Assembly: GCA_964566255.1 (NCBI GenBank)
Contig: CAZMID010000007.1
Coordinates: 1 to 56,951 of the forward strand
Reading direction: 5' to 3'
DNA: 56,951 nt
Source: an uncultured Planctomycetia bacterium
Lineage (GTDB): Bacteria > Omnitrophota > Gorgyraeia > Gorgyraeales > Gorgyraeaceae
Below are positions 40,643-50,427 of the stretch, one piece after another. The notes under the pieces are model-generated. The model saw nothing but the letters and a program-made list of their open reading frames with translations. It made no database searches and was not told the DNA's origin. Position 1 is the stretch's first letter. Every line of letters starts with the position of its first letter. The position numbers and the translations under genes were made by a program.

Positions 40643-41680
40643 ATGAAAAAGATCTTAATGTGTGGAAATGAAGTTTTGGCTGAAGCCGCTATAATGGCAG
40701 GCTGTAAATTCTATGCAGGATATCCTATTACCCCGCAGAATGAAATCCCAGCCTATATGTCACGACATATGCCAGAAGTGGGAGGCGTTTTTTTACAGGC
40801 AGAAAGCGAAATATCTGCTATAAATATGGTTTTTGGTGCATCCCTTATGGGTGTAAGGTCAATGACGTCTTCTTCTAGCCCAGGCATAAGCCTTAAACAG
40901 GAAGGGATTTCGTATCTTGCAGCGTGCGAACTTCCTGCAGTTATAGCAAATATGATGAGGGGTGGCCCAGGTCTTGGAAATATAGCCCCTAGTCAGAGTG
41001 ATTATTTTCAGGCAACAAGAGGAGGTGGCCATGGTGATTACCGTCAGATAGTTTTAGCCCCTGCATCTTTACAGGAAATAGTGGATTTGACAATGCTTTC
41101 ATTTGATCTGGCAGATAAATATAGAACGCCTACTATGATTTTAGGAGACGGCATTTTAGGACAGATGATGGAGCCTGTAGAATTAAAAGAGAGTAATAAA
41201 AAGTCTAACATAAAAAAAGATTGGGTTTTAGATGGTTGTAAAGGTAGAAATCCCAGGGTGATAAAGTCACTTTTATTAGGAGAGCGTGAATTAGAGATAT
41301 TGAATGAAAAGTTGCAGAAAAAATATAATCAGATTAAAGATAAAGAAGAGCGTTTTGAGGTTTTATACCCGGATGATAGTGAAATAATGTTAGTAGCCTA
41401 TGGTACTGTCAGTAGAATTTGTAGAAATGTCGTTGAAAGACTTCGTAAGGATGGAAAAAAGATCGGCATGTTCAGGCCTATAACACTTTGGCCGTTTCCG
41501 GAAAGAGAACTTAAAAAAATATCTAAGAAAGTTAGTAAATTTTTAGTAGTAGAGATGAGTTGTGGTCAGATGATAGAAGATGTTAGGCTAAGTATAGACT
41601 GTAAAAAACCAGTTTCTTTTTATGGACGTTCAGGCGGAGAAGTGCCGACAGAGGAAGAGATATTAAAAGAACTATTATGA
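40643..41680 (+). CDS. korA: 2-oxoacid (probably 2-oxoglutarate):ferredoxin oxidoreductase alpha subunit
   Basis: 345 aa; GNEVLAEAAIMAGCKFYAGYPITPQNEI, SEISAINM. Confidence 0.8.
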   Translation: MKKILMCGNEVLAEAAIMAGCKFYAGYPITPQNEIPAYMSRHMPEVGGVFLQAESEISAINMVFGASLMGVRSMTSSSSPGISLKQEGISYLAACELPAVIANMMRGGPGLGNIAPSQSDYFQATRGGGHGDYRQIVLAPASLQEIVDLTMLSFDLADKYRTPTMILGDGILGQMMEPVELKESNKKSNIKKDWVLDGCKGRNPRVIKSLLLGERELEILNEKLQKKYNQIKDKEERFEVLYPDDSEIMLVAYGTVSRICRNVVERLRKDGKKIGMFRPITLWPFPERELKKISKKVSKFLVVEMSCGQMIEDVRLSIDCKKPVSFYGRSGGEVPTEEEILKELL

Positions 41681-42405
41681 ATAAGATATTTTCAAAACCA
41701 AAAAGCCTAAAGGACGTACCTACTCATTATTGCTCTGGGTGTGGTCACGGAGTAGTACATAGAATTATCTGTGAAGTTATCGATGAATTGGATATAAGAG
41801 AGAAGACCGTAGGTATAGCACCAGTAGGATGCGCTGTTTTGGGATATGATTATTGGAATTTTGATGTAACTGAAGCTGCACATGGTAGGGTTCCTTCAGT
41901 TGCAACAGGAATAAAAAGGACCTCACCTAAAACTATAGTGTTTGGATATCAGGGTGATGGAGATTTAGCAGCCATAGGAACAGCAGAAATAATCCACGCT
42001 GCCAATAGAGGTGAAAATATCACTATTATATTTGTCAATAATGCAGTCTATGGCATGACAGGGGGCCAAATGGCACCTACGACGATGTTTAATCAGAAAA
42101 CAGCCACTACGCCATATGGACGCACTAAGGAAAGAGAAGGTTTTCCATTAAAGGTATGCGAGTTGTTATCTGTTCTACCGGGAGTTTTTTATGCAGAAAG
42201 GACATCGATCCATTCACCTCAGAATATCTTAAAGGCAAAAAAGGCAATAAAGCATGCTTTTAAGAATCAGATAGATGGTAAGGGTTTTTCTATTGTAGAA
42301 GTACTTTCGCAATGCCCTACTTATTTAGGCCTTTCGCCTAAAGAATCTATTAAGTGGGTAGCTGAAGATATGATAAAGGAATATCCTTTAGGAGTTTTTA
42401 AGTGA
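41677..42405 (+). CDS. korB: 2-oxoacid:ferredoxin oxidoreductase beta (TPP-binding) subunit
   Basis: 242 aa; YCSGCGHG, GDGDLAAIG, NNAVYGMTGGQ. Confidence 0.8.
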   Translation: MNKIFSKPKSLKDVPTHYCSGCGHGVVHRIICEVIDELDIREKTVGIAPVGCAVLGYDYWNFDVTEAAHGRVPSVATGIKRTSPKTIVFGYQGDGDLAAIGTAEIIHAANRGENITIIFVNNAVYGMTGGQMAPTTMFNQKTATTPYGRTKEREGFPLKVCELLSVLPGVFYAERTSIHSPQNILKAKKAIKHAFKNQIDGKGFSIVEVLSQCPTYLGLSPKESIKWVAEDMIKEYPLGVFK

Positions 42406-42941
42406 GAGAAGATATTATTTTTGCAGGGTTTGGGGGACAAGGCATAATGCTTATGGGAAAGGTTTTTTCTTACGCTGCAATGAAAAAAGATTTGTTTGTA
42501 ACATGGATGCCTTCATATGGTGCAGAAGTAAGAGGCGGTACAGCTCACTCGATGGTTGTTATATCAGATTCACCTATCGCTTCTCCGGTTGTAAGAGAGC
42601 CGAGTATATGTGTAGTAATGAATAAGCCATCTTTAAATAAGTTCGAGAATAAAGTTAGAAAGAATGGTCTTTTAGTTATAAATAAATCTCTTGTAGAAGT
42701 TAATCCATCGAGAAGTGATATAGATATTTTAGAAATTCCAGTAACAGATATGGCATCTACCCTTGGAAATTCTCGTATTGCCAATATGATTGCACTAGGT
42801 GCAGTTTTAGCAAAGAGGAATATTTTAGAAGTTCAAACTTTAATAGATTCCTTAAAAGATGTGATCTCAAAGAGTCGTAAGAATATGATACCCATAAATG
42901 AAGATGCAATAAAGAAAGGTTATGAGTATGGTTCGTGTTAG
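42402..42941 (+). CDS. korC: 2-oxoacid:ferredoxin oxidoreductase gamma subunit
   Basis: 179 aa; FAGFGGQGIMLMGK, YGAEVRGG. Confidence 0.8.
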   Translation: MREDIIFAGFGGQGIMLMGKVFSYAAMKKDLFVTWMPSYGAEVRGGTAHSMVVISDSPIASPVVREPSICVVMNKPSLNKFENKVRKNGLLVINKSLVEVNPSRSDIDILEIPVTDMASTLGNSRIANMIALGAVLAKRNILEVQTLIDSLKDVISKSRKNMIPINEDAIKKGYEYGSC

Positions 42942-44187
42942 ATTTGCACCAAGTCCGACAGGTAGTTTACACATAGGAAGCGTAAGGACTGCGCTTTTTA
43001 ACTGGTTGTATGCAAGAAATCAATCCGGGAAATTCATTTTAAGAATAGAAGATACGGATAAAAAACGTTCAAGTGAAGAGCATCTAAAAGAGATCACCTC
43101 AAGCCTTAAGTGGCTTGGTTTAAATTGGGATGAAGGTCCATACTTTCAAAGTAAACGTCAAAAGATATATTTATCTTATGCAGAAAAGTTAGTTACACAA
43201 GGTGTAGCTTATAAAGATGGCGAGGCAGTTATATTTAAGGTGCCTGCTGAAAAAGTAAAGATGTATGACCTTGTTCACGGAGAGATAGAAGTAGATAATA
43301 CCCTTATAGGGGAACTTGTTTTAATAAAGTCAGATAAGACTCCCGCATATAACTTTGCATGTGTTATTGATGATATTGATATGAAGATATCGCATGTTAT
43401 AAGAGGGGATGATCATATCTCAAATACAAATAAACAGATCGCTTTATATAATGCTTTATCTGTAAAACCACCAAAGTTTGTTCATATTCCATTGATACTT
43501 GGGCCAAATAAAGCTCCTCTTTCTAAAAGATTTGGGGCAGTTTCAATTGCTGAATATAAGGAAAAAGGATATTTGCCAGAAGCAATGGTAAATTATCTAT
43601 CTCTTTTAGGCTGGGCGCCAGGAGATAATAAGGAATTTATGGAGATTAAAGAAATAATAAAGAAATTTTCTATAAAACGTATAAATAAAAGAGGCGCAGA
43701 GTTTGATGAGAATAAGTTGCGTTGGATAAATGGAGAACATATAAGAAAATTAGATGTAAATAAATTTATAGAAATAGCAAAGAATTTTGTAGACGGTAAA
43801 TTTCCAAAAGGATGGTTTGAAAAATTCTCTAAACTTTACCATGGAAGGGTAAAGACTTTAGTCGAATTCAAAAATGAACTTGATATATTTATAAAGGAAG
43901 ACGTGATTTACGATAAAGAAGCGCAAGAGAAGTTTTTAAACAAAAAAGAAACTTTTGATATGTTAAAATTGGTCAAAGGTAGATTTAATAAATTAAAAGA
44001 CTTTACACCTGAAGCGATAGAAGCTGAAGCAAGATCTATTATAGAAGAATTAAACCTTAAAGGTGCAGATTTAATACATCCTTTAAGAGTAGCTGTAACA
44101 GGAAAAAGTGTATCAGCTGGAATATTTGAAGTATTAGCTCTTTTAGGAAAAGAAAAAACTATAAAAAGACTAGAGAAGATTATATAA
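42922..44187 (+). CDS. gltX: glutamyl-tRNA synthetase (compact, 421 aa)
   Basis: RFAPSPTGSLHIGSVRTALFNW (HIGH), PLSKRFG (KMSKS-like), C-terminal HPLRVAVTGK...LGKEKTIKRLE; 20-nt overlap with korC (or start at ATG 42928). Confidence 0.9.
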   Translation: MSMVRVRFAPSPTGSLHIGSVRTALFNWLYARNQSGKFILRIEDTDKKRSSEEHLKEITSSLKWLGLNWDEGPYFQSKRQKIYLSYAEKLVTQGVAYKDGEAVIFKVPAEKVKMYDLVHGEIEVDNTLIGELVLIKSDKTPAYNFACVIDDIDMKISHVIRGDDHISNTNKQIALYNALSVKPPKFVHIPLILGPNKAPLSKRFGAVSIAEYKEKGYLPEAMVNYLSLLGWAPGDNKEFMEIKEIIKKFSIKRINKRGAEFDENKLRWINGEHIRKLDVNKFIEIAKNFVDGKFPKGWFEKFSKLYHGRVKTLVEFKNELDIFIKEDVIYDKEAQEKFLNKKETFDMLKLVKGRFNKLKDFTPEAIEAEARSIIEELNLKGADLIHPLRVAVTGKSVSAGIFEVLALLGKEKTIKRLEKII

Positions 44188-44203
44188 GAGGGTATTTTTT
44201 ACT

Positions 44204-45004
44204 ATGTTGATGTGTCCAATATGCAGTGAAAAATTTAAAAAGCTAACAGGATCACACTTTAGATATAAACATCATTTAAGTAATACTGAGTTTGTAAAAA
44301 GATACCCTAATGTTGATAGAGGTATGATTCCTTGGAATATAGATAAGACAAAGCTCACCCACCCTAGTGTATTGAAAATATCAAAGACTATGGCAGCGAA
44401 GCCAATATCGAATTTTGCTAATTGGCATAAATTGAGAAAACAATCATCGAATTATAATATAAAAAAGTCTAAAAATCTTGCTGAGTTAATAGGTATTATT
44501 TTAGGAGATGGATCTATGCAGAGATTTCCAAGAACCGAAAGACTTGTTATTACTTGTAATGCTTCCGAAAAGCAATATGTTAAACATATATACAATTTGA
44601 TTAAAAAGGTATTTTCTAAAAATCCCTCATTAACTGTTAGAAAGCGAGAAAAGGCTATTGATATATCTTTGTATCAATGTAATATCAGCAATAGATTAGA
44701 GATACCTTTTGGTAATAAGATTAGAAATGCCGTTAGTATTCCTGAGTGGATATATAAGACTAAAATATACACAATAGCTTGCCTGAAAGGTTTATTTGAA
44801 ACAGACGGTTGTTTTCAAAGAGATGATAGTAACTATGCACAATATATAGAGGTTAAGAGTTATTGTAAACAATTAAGAAAAGATATCTACAAGAGTCTTT
44901 TATTGTTAGGATATAATCCTCAATTAGGCAAAAAATATGTAAGACTTGCAAGGAGAGATGAAGTCCATAGGTTTAAAAAATCTATAAAATTCAGAGAATA
45001 TTAA
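44204..45004 (+). CDS. free-standing double-motif LAGLIDADG homing-endonuclease-like protein with N-terminal CCHH zinc-finger-like motif
   Basis: 266 aa; motif 1 LAELIGIILGDGSM, motif 2 IACLKGLFETDGCF; N-terminus CPICSEKFKKLTGSHFRYKHH. Confidence 0.7.
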   Translation: MLMCPICSEKFKKLTGSHFRYKHHLSNTEFVKRYPNVDRGMIPWNIDKTKLTHPSVLKISKTMAAKPISNFANWHKLRKQSSNYNIKKSKNLAELIGIILGDGSMQRFPRTERLVITCNASEKQYVKHIYNLIKKVFSKNPSLTVRKREKAIDISLYQCNISNRLEIPFGNKIRNAVSIPEWIYKTKIYTIACLKGLFETDGCFQRDDSNYAQYIEVKSYCKQLRKDIYKSLLLLGYNPQLGKKYVRLARRDEVHRFKKSIKFREY

Positions 45005-45006
45005 AT

Positions 45007-45080
45007 TGGAGGATCGTCTAATGGTAGGACCCGGGTCTCTGGAACCCGTTGTGATGGTTCGAATCCATCTCCTCCAGCCA
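45007..45080 (+). tRNA. tRNA-Gln(CTG)
   Basis: Acceptor tggagga/tcctcca, anticodon arm cgggt-ctCTGga-acccg, T arm gatgg-ttcgaat-ccatc, G73, encoded CCA. Confidence 0.85.
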
Positions 45081-45181
45081 CTTTGATGTTCAGGTGAATC
45101 ACGGATGGGAAGCGTTAAGGTATACTGATCGAGAAAAAATTTTTATACTAATTGTTGTATGATCGATTAATAAGGAGAAAA

Positions 45182-45703
45182 ATGAACACCACAAAAGTAA
45201 TAATCGAAAACTGGCCCAAGACAAATTACATACCTATAATTATCGCGATAATTGCTTTAATGGCATCATTATATTCTCTTTATTTAACAAGAAAATCTTT
45301 CATTGCCTCGCATCGTCCTTATGTTTGGGCTAGTAGTTATGTTGTAAACGATACTGGTTACAGACCAATTCCTTCCCAGGTAGCTTGCCGCGTAAAAAAT
45401 TCACCCGCAAGAATATTACGAATGGAAGTTAAAATAAATCTAAATGGAGAAAGATTATTTGATTACACAGAAGAAAATTTAGTGAGATTTCCAGACGAAA
45501 AATCCGAATGGTATTTTACAATTGGCAAGAAAAGTTTTGATAAAATAATGCAACGGCCCGACGAAGACAAATCTAAACTTGTTAGAATTATTTCATTAGA
45601 GTATTCTTCTCTTGACGGTGGGAAAATATACCGCTATAAACTAGAACAATCATTTAGTCCTAATGAGAATCAGTGGAAAGATAACAATGAAGAAGCGAGT
45701 TAA
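45182..45703 (+). CDS. single-pass membrane protein, unknown function
   Basis: Start moved to ATG 45182 behind AAGGAG (MNTTKV...); one TM helix (YIPIIIAIIALMASLYSLYL); no recognisable motif. Confidence 0.4.
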   Translation: MNTTKVIIENWPKTNYIPIIIAIIALMASLYSLYLTRKSFIASHRPYVWASSYVVNDTGYRPIPSQVACRVKNSPARILRMEVKINLNGERLFDYTEENLVRFPDEKSEWYFTIGKKSFDKIMQRPDEDKSKLVRIISLEYSSLDGGKIYRYKLEQSFSPNENQWKDNNEEAS

Positions 45704-45718
45704 TTTTTACGTCTAAGG

Positions 45719-47536
45719 GTGTACAAAAGTAATAAAGCTACATTAATGCTTAACCTGCCAAAAGACAATTTTGTTTTCCTTGAGACTAATAGATTCGATA
45801 AAGATAATTCTCGAACATTTCTTTTTTCAAATCCCATCAGAGTAATATCCTGTTATAAATTAAAAGATGTAAAATCAGCTTTTTCTGAATTAGAAGAGTA
45901 TATTTCAAAAGGATATTATGCAGCTGGATTTATATCCTATGAAGCTGGGTTTTCATTCGAGGAACAGTTAAAAGATTTAGATATAAATTCTACTTTCCCA
46001 CTATTGTGGTTTGGTATCTATAAAAATCCTACTATTCTTACACATAAAGAAAGAATAGGATTATTACAAAATAAAAAATTTCCTTACGCAGTTAAAAATA
46101 TAAATTCCAATATATCTAAGGAAGAATACGTTGATAATATAAAAAAGATCAAATCCTTTATAAGGAAAGGTGATACTTATCAGGTAAATTATACATTTAA
46201 GTATAAATTTGATTTTTCTGGATCCTTATGTAGTTTTTATGAGGATTTAAAGGAAAAACAGAGTGTTTCTTATTCAGCTTTAATAAAAACATCAGAGGTT
46301 TCCATATTATCTTTATCGCCAGAACTATTTTTCAGAAAAGATAAAGATGCCATAGAAGTAAGACCTATGAAAGGTACTATTGATAAAGGCAAAAATCTTG
46401 AAGAAGATAATCTTAACAGGAAGATTTTAGGAGAAAGCCTTAAAAATAGAAGTGAAAACGTAATGATAGTGGATTTATTAAGGAATGACCTTGGAAGGAT
46501 TTCAAGATCAGGGACAGTTAAGACAAAAAAGTTATTTGAGGTTGAAAAGTATGAAACGCTTTTACAGATGATATCAATAGTTAAAAGTTCTCTTAAGAAA
46601 AATGTTACGCCTTATGATTTATTTAAAGCAATATTTCCGTCTGGTTCAGTAACAGGTGCGCCAAAGATAAGTACAATGAAGATAATAAATTCTCTTGAAA
46701 AAGAATCAAGAGGTGTTTATACAGGAGGAATTGGATTTTTTGCACCGAATAAAGAAGCTATTTTTAATGTCGCCATAAGAACAATCCTTATAGATAATAA
46801 GAAAAATAAAGGTGAGATGGGCGTAGGAAGTGGTATCGTATATGATGCAGATCCATATAATGAGTTTGATGAATGTAAATTAAAAGTGGATTTTCTTACA
46901 AAAAAGAAAAATAATTTTAAACTTATTGAAACTATCTTACATCATCCAAAAAAGGGATATTTTCTATTAAAATTTCATTTAGATAGGCTTTTATCATCAG
47001 CAGAATATTTTAATTTCAAATGTGATAAAAAATATATCCTTAAAAAACTCAAAAAACTAGAAACTCATTTTAAAAGTGGATTTTCTTATAAAGTAAGACT
47101 TCTTCTTGATAGAGCTGGAAAAATAGATTTAGGTTTTTCAAAAATAAATATGAATGGAAAGTTGGCAAAAGTAAGATTTTCTACCAAAAAGACCTCTAAA
47201 GAGGATCTATTTTTGTATAATAAGACTACAAATAGAGATCTATATGATGAAGAGCATAAAAAATGGAGCAAAAGAGGATATTTTGACATTATTTTTACAA
47301 ATAAAGAAAATCAGATTACAGAAGGGGCTATTTCTAATATAATAATAAAAAAGAATGGCTATTTTTATACTCCTTCTGTCGAATGTGGGCTTTTAAATGG
47401 TGTATTCCGAAGGTCTTTATTGAAAAATGGTAAGTTTCCTATAAGGGAGAGGGTGTTATATAAAGGTGATATTGAAAAAGCAGATGAAATCTATATGGTA
47501 AATTCAGTACGTGGAATGGTAAAGGTAAAGCTATGA
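45719..47536 (+). CDS. pabB: fusion: aminodeoxychorismate synthase component I (PabB) + aminodeoxychorismate lyase-like class IV aminotransferase (PabC)
   Basis: 605 aa, GTG start (alternative ATG 45746); chorismate-binding motifs SPELFF, RPMKGT, GSVTGAPK, RGVYTGGIGF; C-terminal about 200 aa with class-IV fold features (NKTTNRDLY, EGAISNI, GLLNGVFR). Confidence 0.75.
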   Translation: MYKSNKATLMLNLPKDNFVFLETNRFDKDNSRTFLFSNPIRVISCYKLKDVKSAFSELEEYISKGYYAAGFISYEAGFSFEEQLKDLDINSTFPLLWFGIYKNPTILTHKERIGLLQNKKFPYAVKNINSNISKEEYVDNIKKIKSFIRKGDTYQVNYTFKYKFDFSGSLCSFYEDLKEKQSVSYSALIKTSEVSILSLSPELFFRKDKDAIEVRPMKGTIDKGKNLEEDNLNRKILGESLKNRSENVMIVDLLRNDLGRISRSGTVKTKKLFEVEKYETLLQMISIVKSSLKKNVTPYDLFKAIFPSGSVTGAPKISTMKIINSLEKESRGVYTGGIGFFAPNKEAIFNVAIRTILIDNKKNKGEMGVGSGIVYDADPYNEFDECKLKVDFLTKKKNNFKLIETILHHPKKGYFLLKFHLDRLLSSAEYFNFKCDKKYILKKLKKLETHFKSGFSYKVRLLLDRAGKIDLGFSKINMNGKLAKVRFSTKKTSKEDLFLYNKTTNRDLYDEEHKKWSKRGYFDIIFTNKENQITEGAISNIIIKKNGYFYTPSVECGLLNGVFRRSLLKNGKFPIRERVLYKGDIEKADEIYMVNSVRGMVKVKL

Positions 47537-47977
47537 ATAAAGACGAATTTTATATGAGAGAGGCTCTTCGGGAGGCAAAAAAGGCTTTTACTAAAGATGA
47601 GGTACCTGTAGGGTGTGTGATTGTCCATAAAAACACTATAATCGCTAGAGCGTACAATCAGATAAAGATGTTAAAGGATCCCACTGCTCATGCAGAGATG
47701 ATAGCTATCACACAAGCCTCTAATAGCCTACAGAATGAAAGATTGATAGATTGCTCACTCTATGTTACAATTGAACCCTGTAGTATGTGTGTAGGTGCGA
47801 TGACTCTTGCGCGGATAAAGAGCCTATGTTACGCAGCAGAAGATCTAAAATCTGGAGCCTGTGGCTCAGCATTAGGTGTAATTAACCATAAAAAGTTAAA
47901 TCATAAGATTAATATAAAAAAAGGTATTTTAGAAGAAGATTCAAGTTTTTTAATAAAGGAGTTTTTTAAGAAAAAAA

Positions 47978-48000
<23 letters not shown>
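47533..48000 (+). CDS. tadA: tRNA-specific adenosine deaminase
   Basis: 155 aa; VPVGCVIV, HAEMIAI, PCSMCVGA; the last 23 nt overlap the tRNA-Ser gene. Confidence 0.9.
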
Positions 48001-48071
<71 letters not shown>

Positions 48072-48076
48072 TTAAT

Positions 48077-49762
48077 ATGACATATTTACCTTTTGCCCGC
48101 AAGTGGCGACCCCAAGATTTTGATGAAGTAGTAGGTCAATCCCATATTACTACTACACTTAAAAATGCGATAACACTTAATCGCGTACACCACGCCTATT
48201 TATTTACAGGTCCACGAGGCATAGGAAAAACTTCAACTGCTCGCATATTCTCTAAAGCCCTAAACTGTGAAAAAGGCCCTTCTCCAAAACCATGCAATAA
48301 ATGCACTTCTTGCCAGGAGATAAATAACTCTTCAAGTATAGATGTCATAGAAATAGACGGTGCATCAAATCGCGGTATAGATGAGATACGTAATTTAAGA
48401 GAATCTGTAAAATTTGCCCCTTCAAAAGGTCAATATAAGATATATATCATAGATGAAGTACATATGCTTACTACAGAGGCATTTAATGCGCTTTTAAAGA
48501 CCCTAGAAGAGCCTCCTAAGCATGTAAAATTCATATTTGCTACTACAGAGCCACATAAACTTCTTCCAACAATACTTTCAAGGTGTCAAAGATTTGATTT
48601 TAGAAGAATCCCTCTAAAAGATATTGTGTTAAAACTTCAGGAAGTCGCAAAAGAAGAAAAATTAGATATTGAAAAGGATGTATTTTTATATATTGCTAAG
48701 TCTGCTGATGGAAGCATGCGTGATGCCGAAAGCATCTTAGATCAAGTTACTTCTTTTTCAAAAGGCAAGGTTCACTTAAAAGACGTTATTGAATCTTTAG
48801 GTATGATAGAAGAGGAAGTGCTTTTTAGAGCTAGTGATTTAATTATTAAAAAAGATACAAAATCTTCACTTTACTTAGTAGATGAATTATTTAATTCAGG
48901 CAAAGATGTAAAACAATTTTTAAATGAACTTTTAGAACATTTCAGGAACATAATGGTTGCTAAGGTATCGTCTTCAGCGGAAGAATTAATAGATCTTCCT
49001 AAAGAATCTGTAGAACGTATAAAAAAATTATCGCAGTCTCTTTCTAAAGGAGATATTTTTTATATAATAAGTGTAATTTCAAATAGCCTGAGGATGATAA
49101 AACAACTCCTTCCTGAAAGAGTTGTACTGGAGCTTTGCATGATTAAGCTTACTTCACGAGATTCTATCTCTTCAATAGAAGAGATACTTTCAAAGTTACC
49201 TGATATTCCAAAGCCTTCTCAGAAAATATCTTCAAAACCTGTGATAAATACATCTACAAAGCCTGCTATAAATCCACATCATGGTTTTGTCCAGAAGATC
49301 CAGGAAAGCGTAAAACACGTTATAAAGCATGAAAAACCTATAAAAGTAGATTCACATGATAAGAAGCCTAGTGTAGACATATCCAGAGTAAAAGATGCAT
49401 GGCCAATCCTTGTAAAAACAATGGCTGTTAAAAAGATGTCTATATCTAGTTATCTTTCAGAAGGGGAACCAGAATCCATTAAAGGTAATATTATTCTTGT
49501 CGGATTCCCTAAAGAGCTTAATTTTCATAGAGAGGTTCTTGAAGAAAAACGTAATAAACTTCCTATAGAGCAAGCCCTTTCACAGATATTGGATGTAAAA
49601 GTGCTCTTACAATTTATTCTTACTGATAGGAAAATAGAAAAAATTACCCCCCAGGTTCAACTAACCAAGATTACAAAGGAAGAATTGAAAAAGAAAGAAC
49701 CAGCAATAGACGCTGCATTAAATATATTTAATGGAAAGATTTTAAGGACGCAAGGTACATAG
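48077..49762 (+). CDS. dnaX: DNA polymerase III subunit gamma/tau
   Basis: 561 aa; GPRGIGKTS Walker A, IIDEVHMLT, zinc module CNKCTSCQEI, SRCQRFDF. Confidence 0.9.
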   Translation: MTYLPFARKWRPQDFDEVVGQSHITTTLKNAITLNRVHHAYLFTGPRGIGKTSTARIFSKALNCEKGPSPKPCNKCTSCQEINNSSSIDVIEIDGASNRGIDEIRNLRESVKFAPSKGQYKIYIIDEVHMLTTEAFNALLKTLEEPPKHVKFIFATTEPHKLLPTILSRCQRFDFRRIPLKDIVLKLQEVAKEEKLDIEKDVFLYIAKSADGSMRDAESILDQVTSFSKGKVHLKDVIESLGMIEEEVLFRASDLIIKKDTKSSLYLVDELFNSGKDVKQFLNELLEHFRNIMVAKVSSSAEELIDLPKESVERIKKLSQSLSKGDIFYIISVISNSLRMIKQLLPERVVLELCMIKLTSRDSISSIEEILSKLPDIPKPSQKISSKPVINTSTKPAINPHHGFVQKIQESVKHVIKHEKPIKVDSHDKKPSVDISRVKDAWPILVKTMAVKKMSISSYLSEGEPESIKGNIILVGFPKELNFHREVLEEKRNKLPIEQALSQILDVKVLLQFILTDRKIEKITPQVQLTKITKEELKKKEPAIDAALNIFNGKILRTQGT

Positions 49763-50359
49763 ATGGTTGCTTATACTAAATCAATGCAGGAATTAATAGA
49801 TCACTTTAAGAAGATGCCAGGAATAGGTGCAAAGACTGCAGAAAGAATGGCATTTTATATATTAAAGTCTACTAAGGATGAGATGATGAAGTTTTCTTCA
49901 GCAATAAATAGGGTAAAAGAGACAGTAAAATTCTGTAAAAAATGTGGTAACTTAAGTGAAACCGAATTTTGTCAGATTTGTAGTGATGTTCGTCGGGATA
50001 AGACAGTTGTATGCGTTATAGAAGAACCAAAGGATCTGATTTTAATAGAAAAATCAGGTCAGTTTAAAGGGACTTATCATGTATTATTTGGTGCGATTTC
50101 GCCATTAGACGGAATAGGACCAGAAGATTTAAGGATAAAGGAACTTTTAAATCGAATCAAAGAGGATAAAGTAAAAGAAGTGATATTTGCTACTAATTCC
50201 AATGCTGAAGGAGAAACCACTGCACTTTATCTCTCAAAAGAACTTAAAGGAAAAGTTAAAACAAGCCGTATTGCATATGGTATACCAGTAGGGGAGAATC
50301 TGGATTATATAGATCAGGCTACTATTGTAAAGGCCCTTGAAGGTAGAAGGTCTATGTGA
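49763..50359 (+). CDS. recR: recombination protein RecR
   Basis: 198 aa; LPGIGAKTAERMAF HhH, CKKCGNLSETEFCQIC zinc finger, Toprim VCVIEEPKD. Confidence 0.95.
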   Translation: MVAYTKSMQELIDHFKKMPGIGAKTAERMAFYILKSTKDEMMKFSSAINRVKETVKFCKKCGNLSETEFCQICSDVRRDKTVVCVIEEPKDLILIEKSGQFKGTYHVLFGAISPLDGIGPEDLRIKELLNRIKEDKVKEVIFATNSNAEGETTALYLSKELKGKVKTSRIAYGIPVGENLDYIDQATIVKALEGRRSM

Positions 50360-50366
50360 AGTTACC

Positions 50367-50395
50367 TTGACAAATAACAACTAGGACTATACAAT
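50367..50395 (+). promoter_or_regulatory. sigma70-type promoter of por operon
   Basis: TTGACA (50367-50372), 17 nt, TACAAT (50390-50395). Confidence 0.6.
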
Positions 50396-50427
50396 AATAT
50401 AACATTTTGTTATAGAGGGTATTTCTT

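Noticed and set aside
48845-48856. A-run (attaaaaaagat) in dnaX, considered as a programmed -1 frameshift or slippage site producing gamma
   Set aside because: In the zero frame the run reads AUU-AAA-AAA-GAU, so the A-AAA-AAG heptamer is out of register. It lies at codon about 257 (inside domain III rather than after it), and no downstream stem-loop or upstream SD-like stimulator was seen.
49757-49770. Absence of ybaB/ebfC between dnaX and recR (present in many bacteria)
   Set aside because: dnaX stop and recR start are directly adjacent with no degraded remnant. The gene may simply be elsewhere in the genome, so this is not informative from one window.
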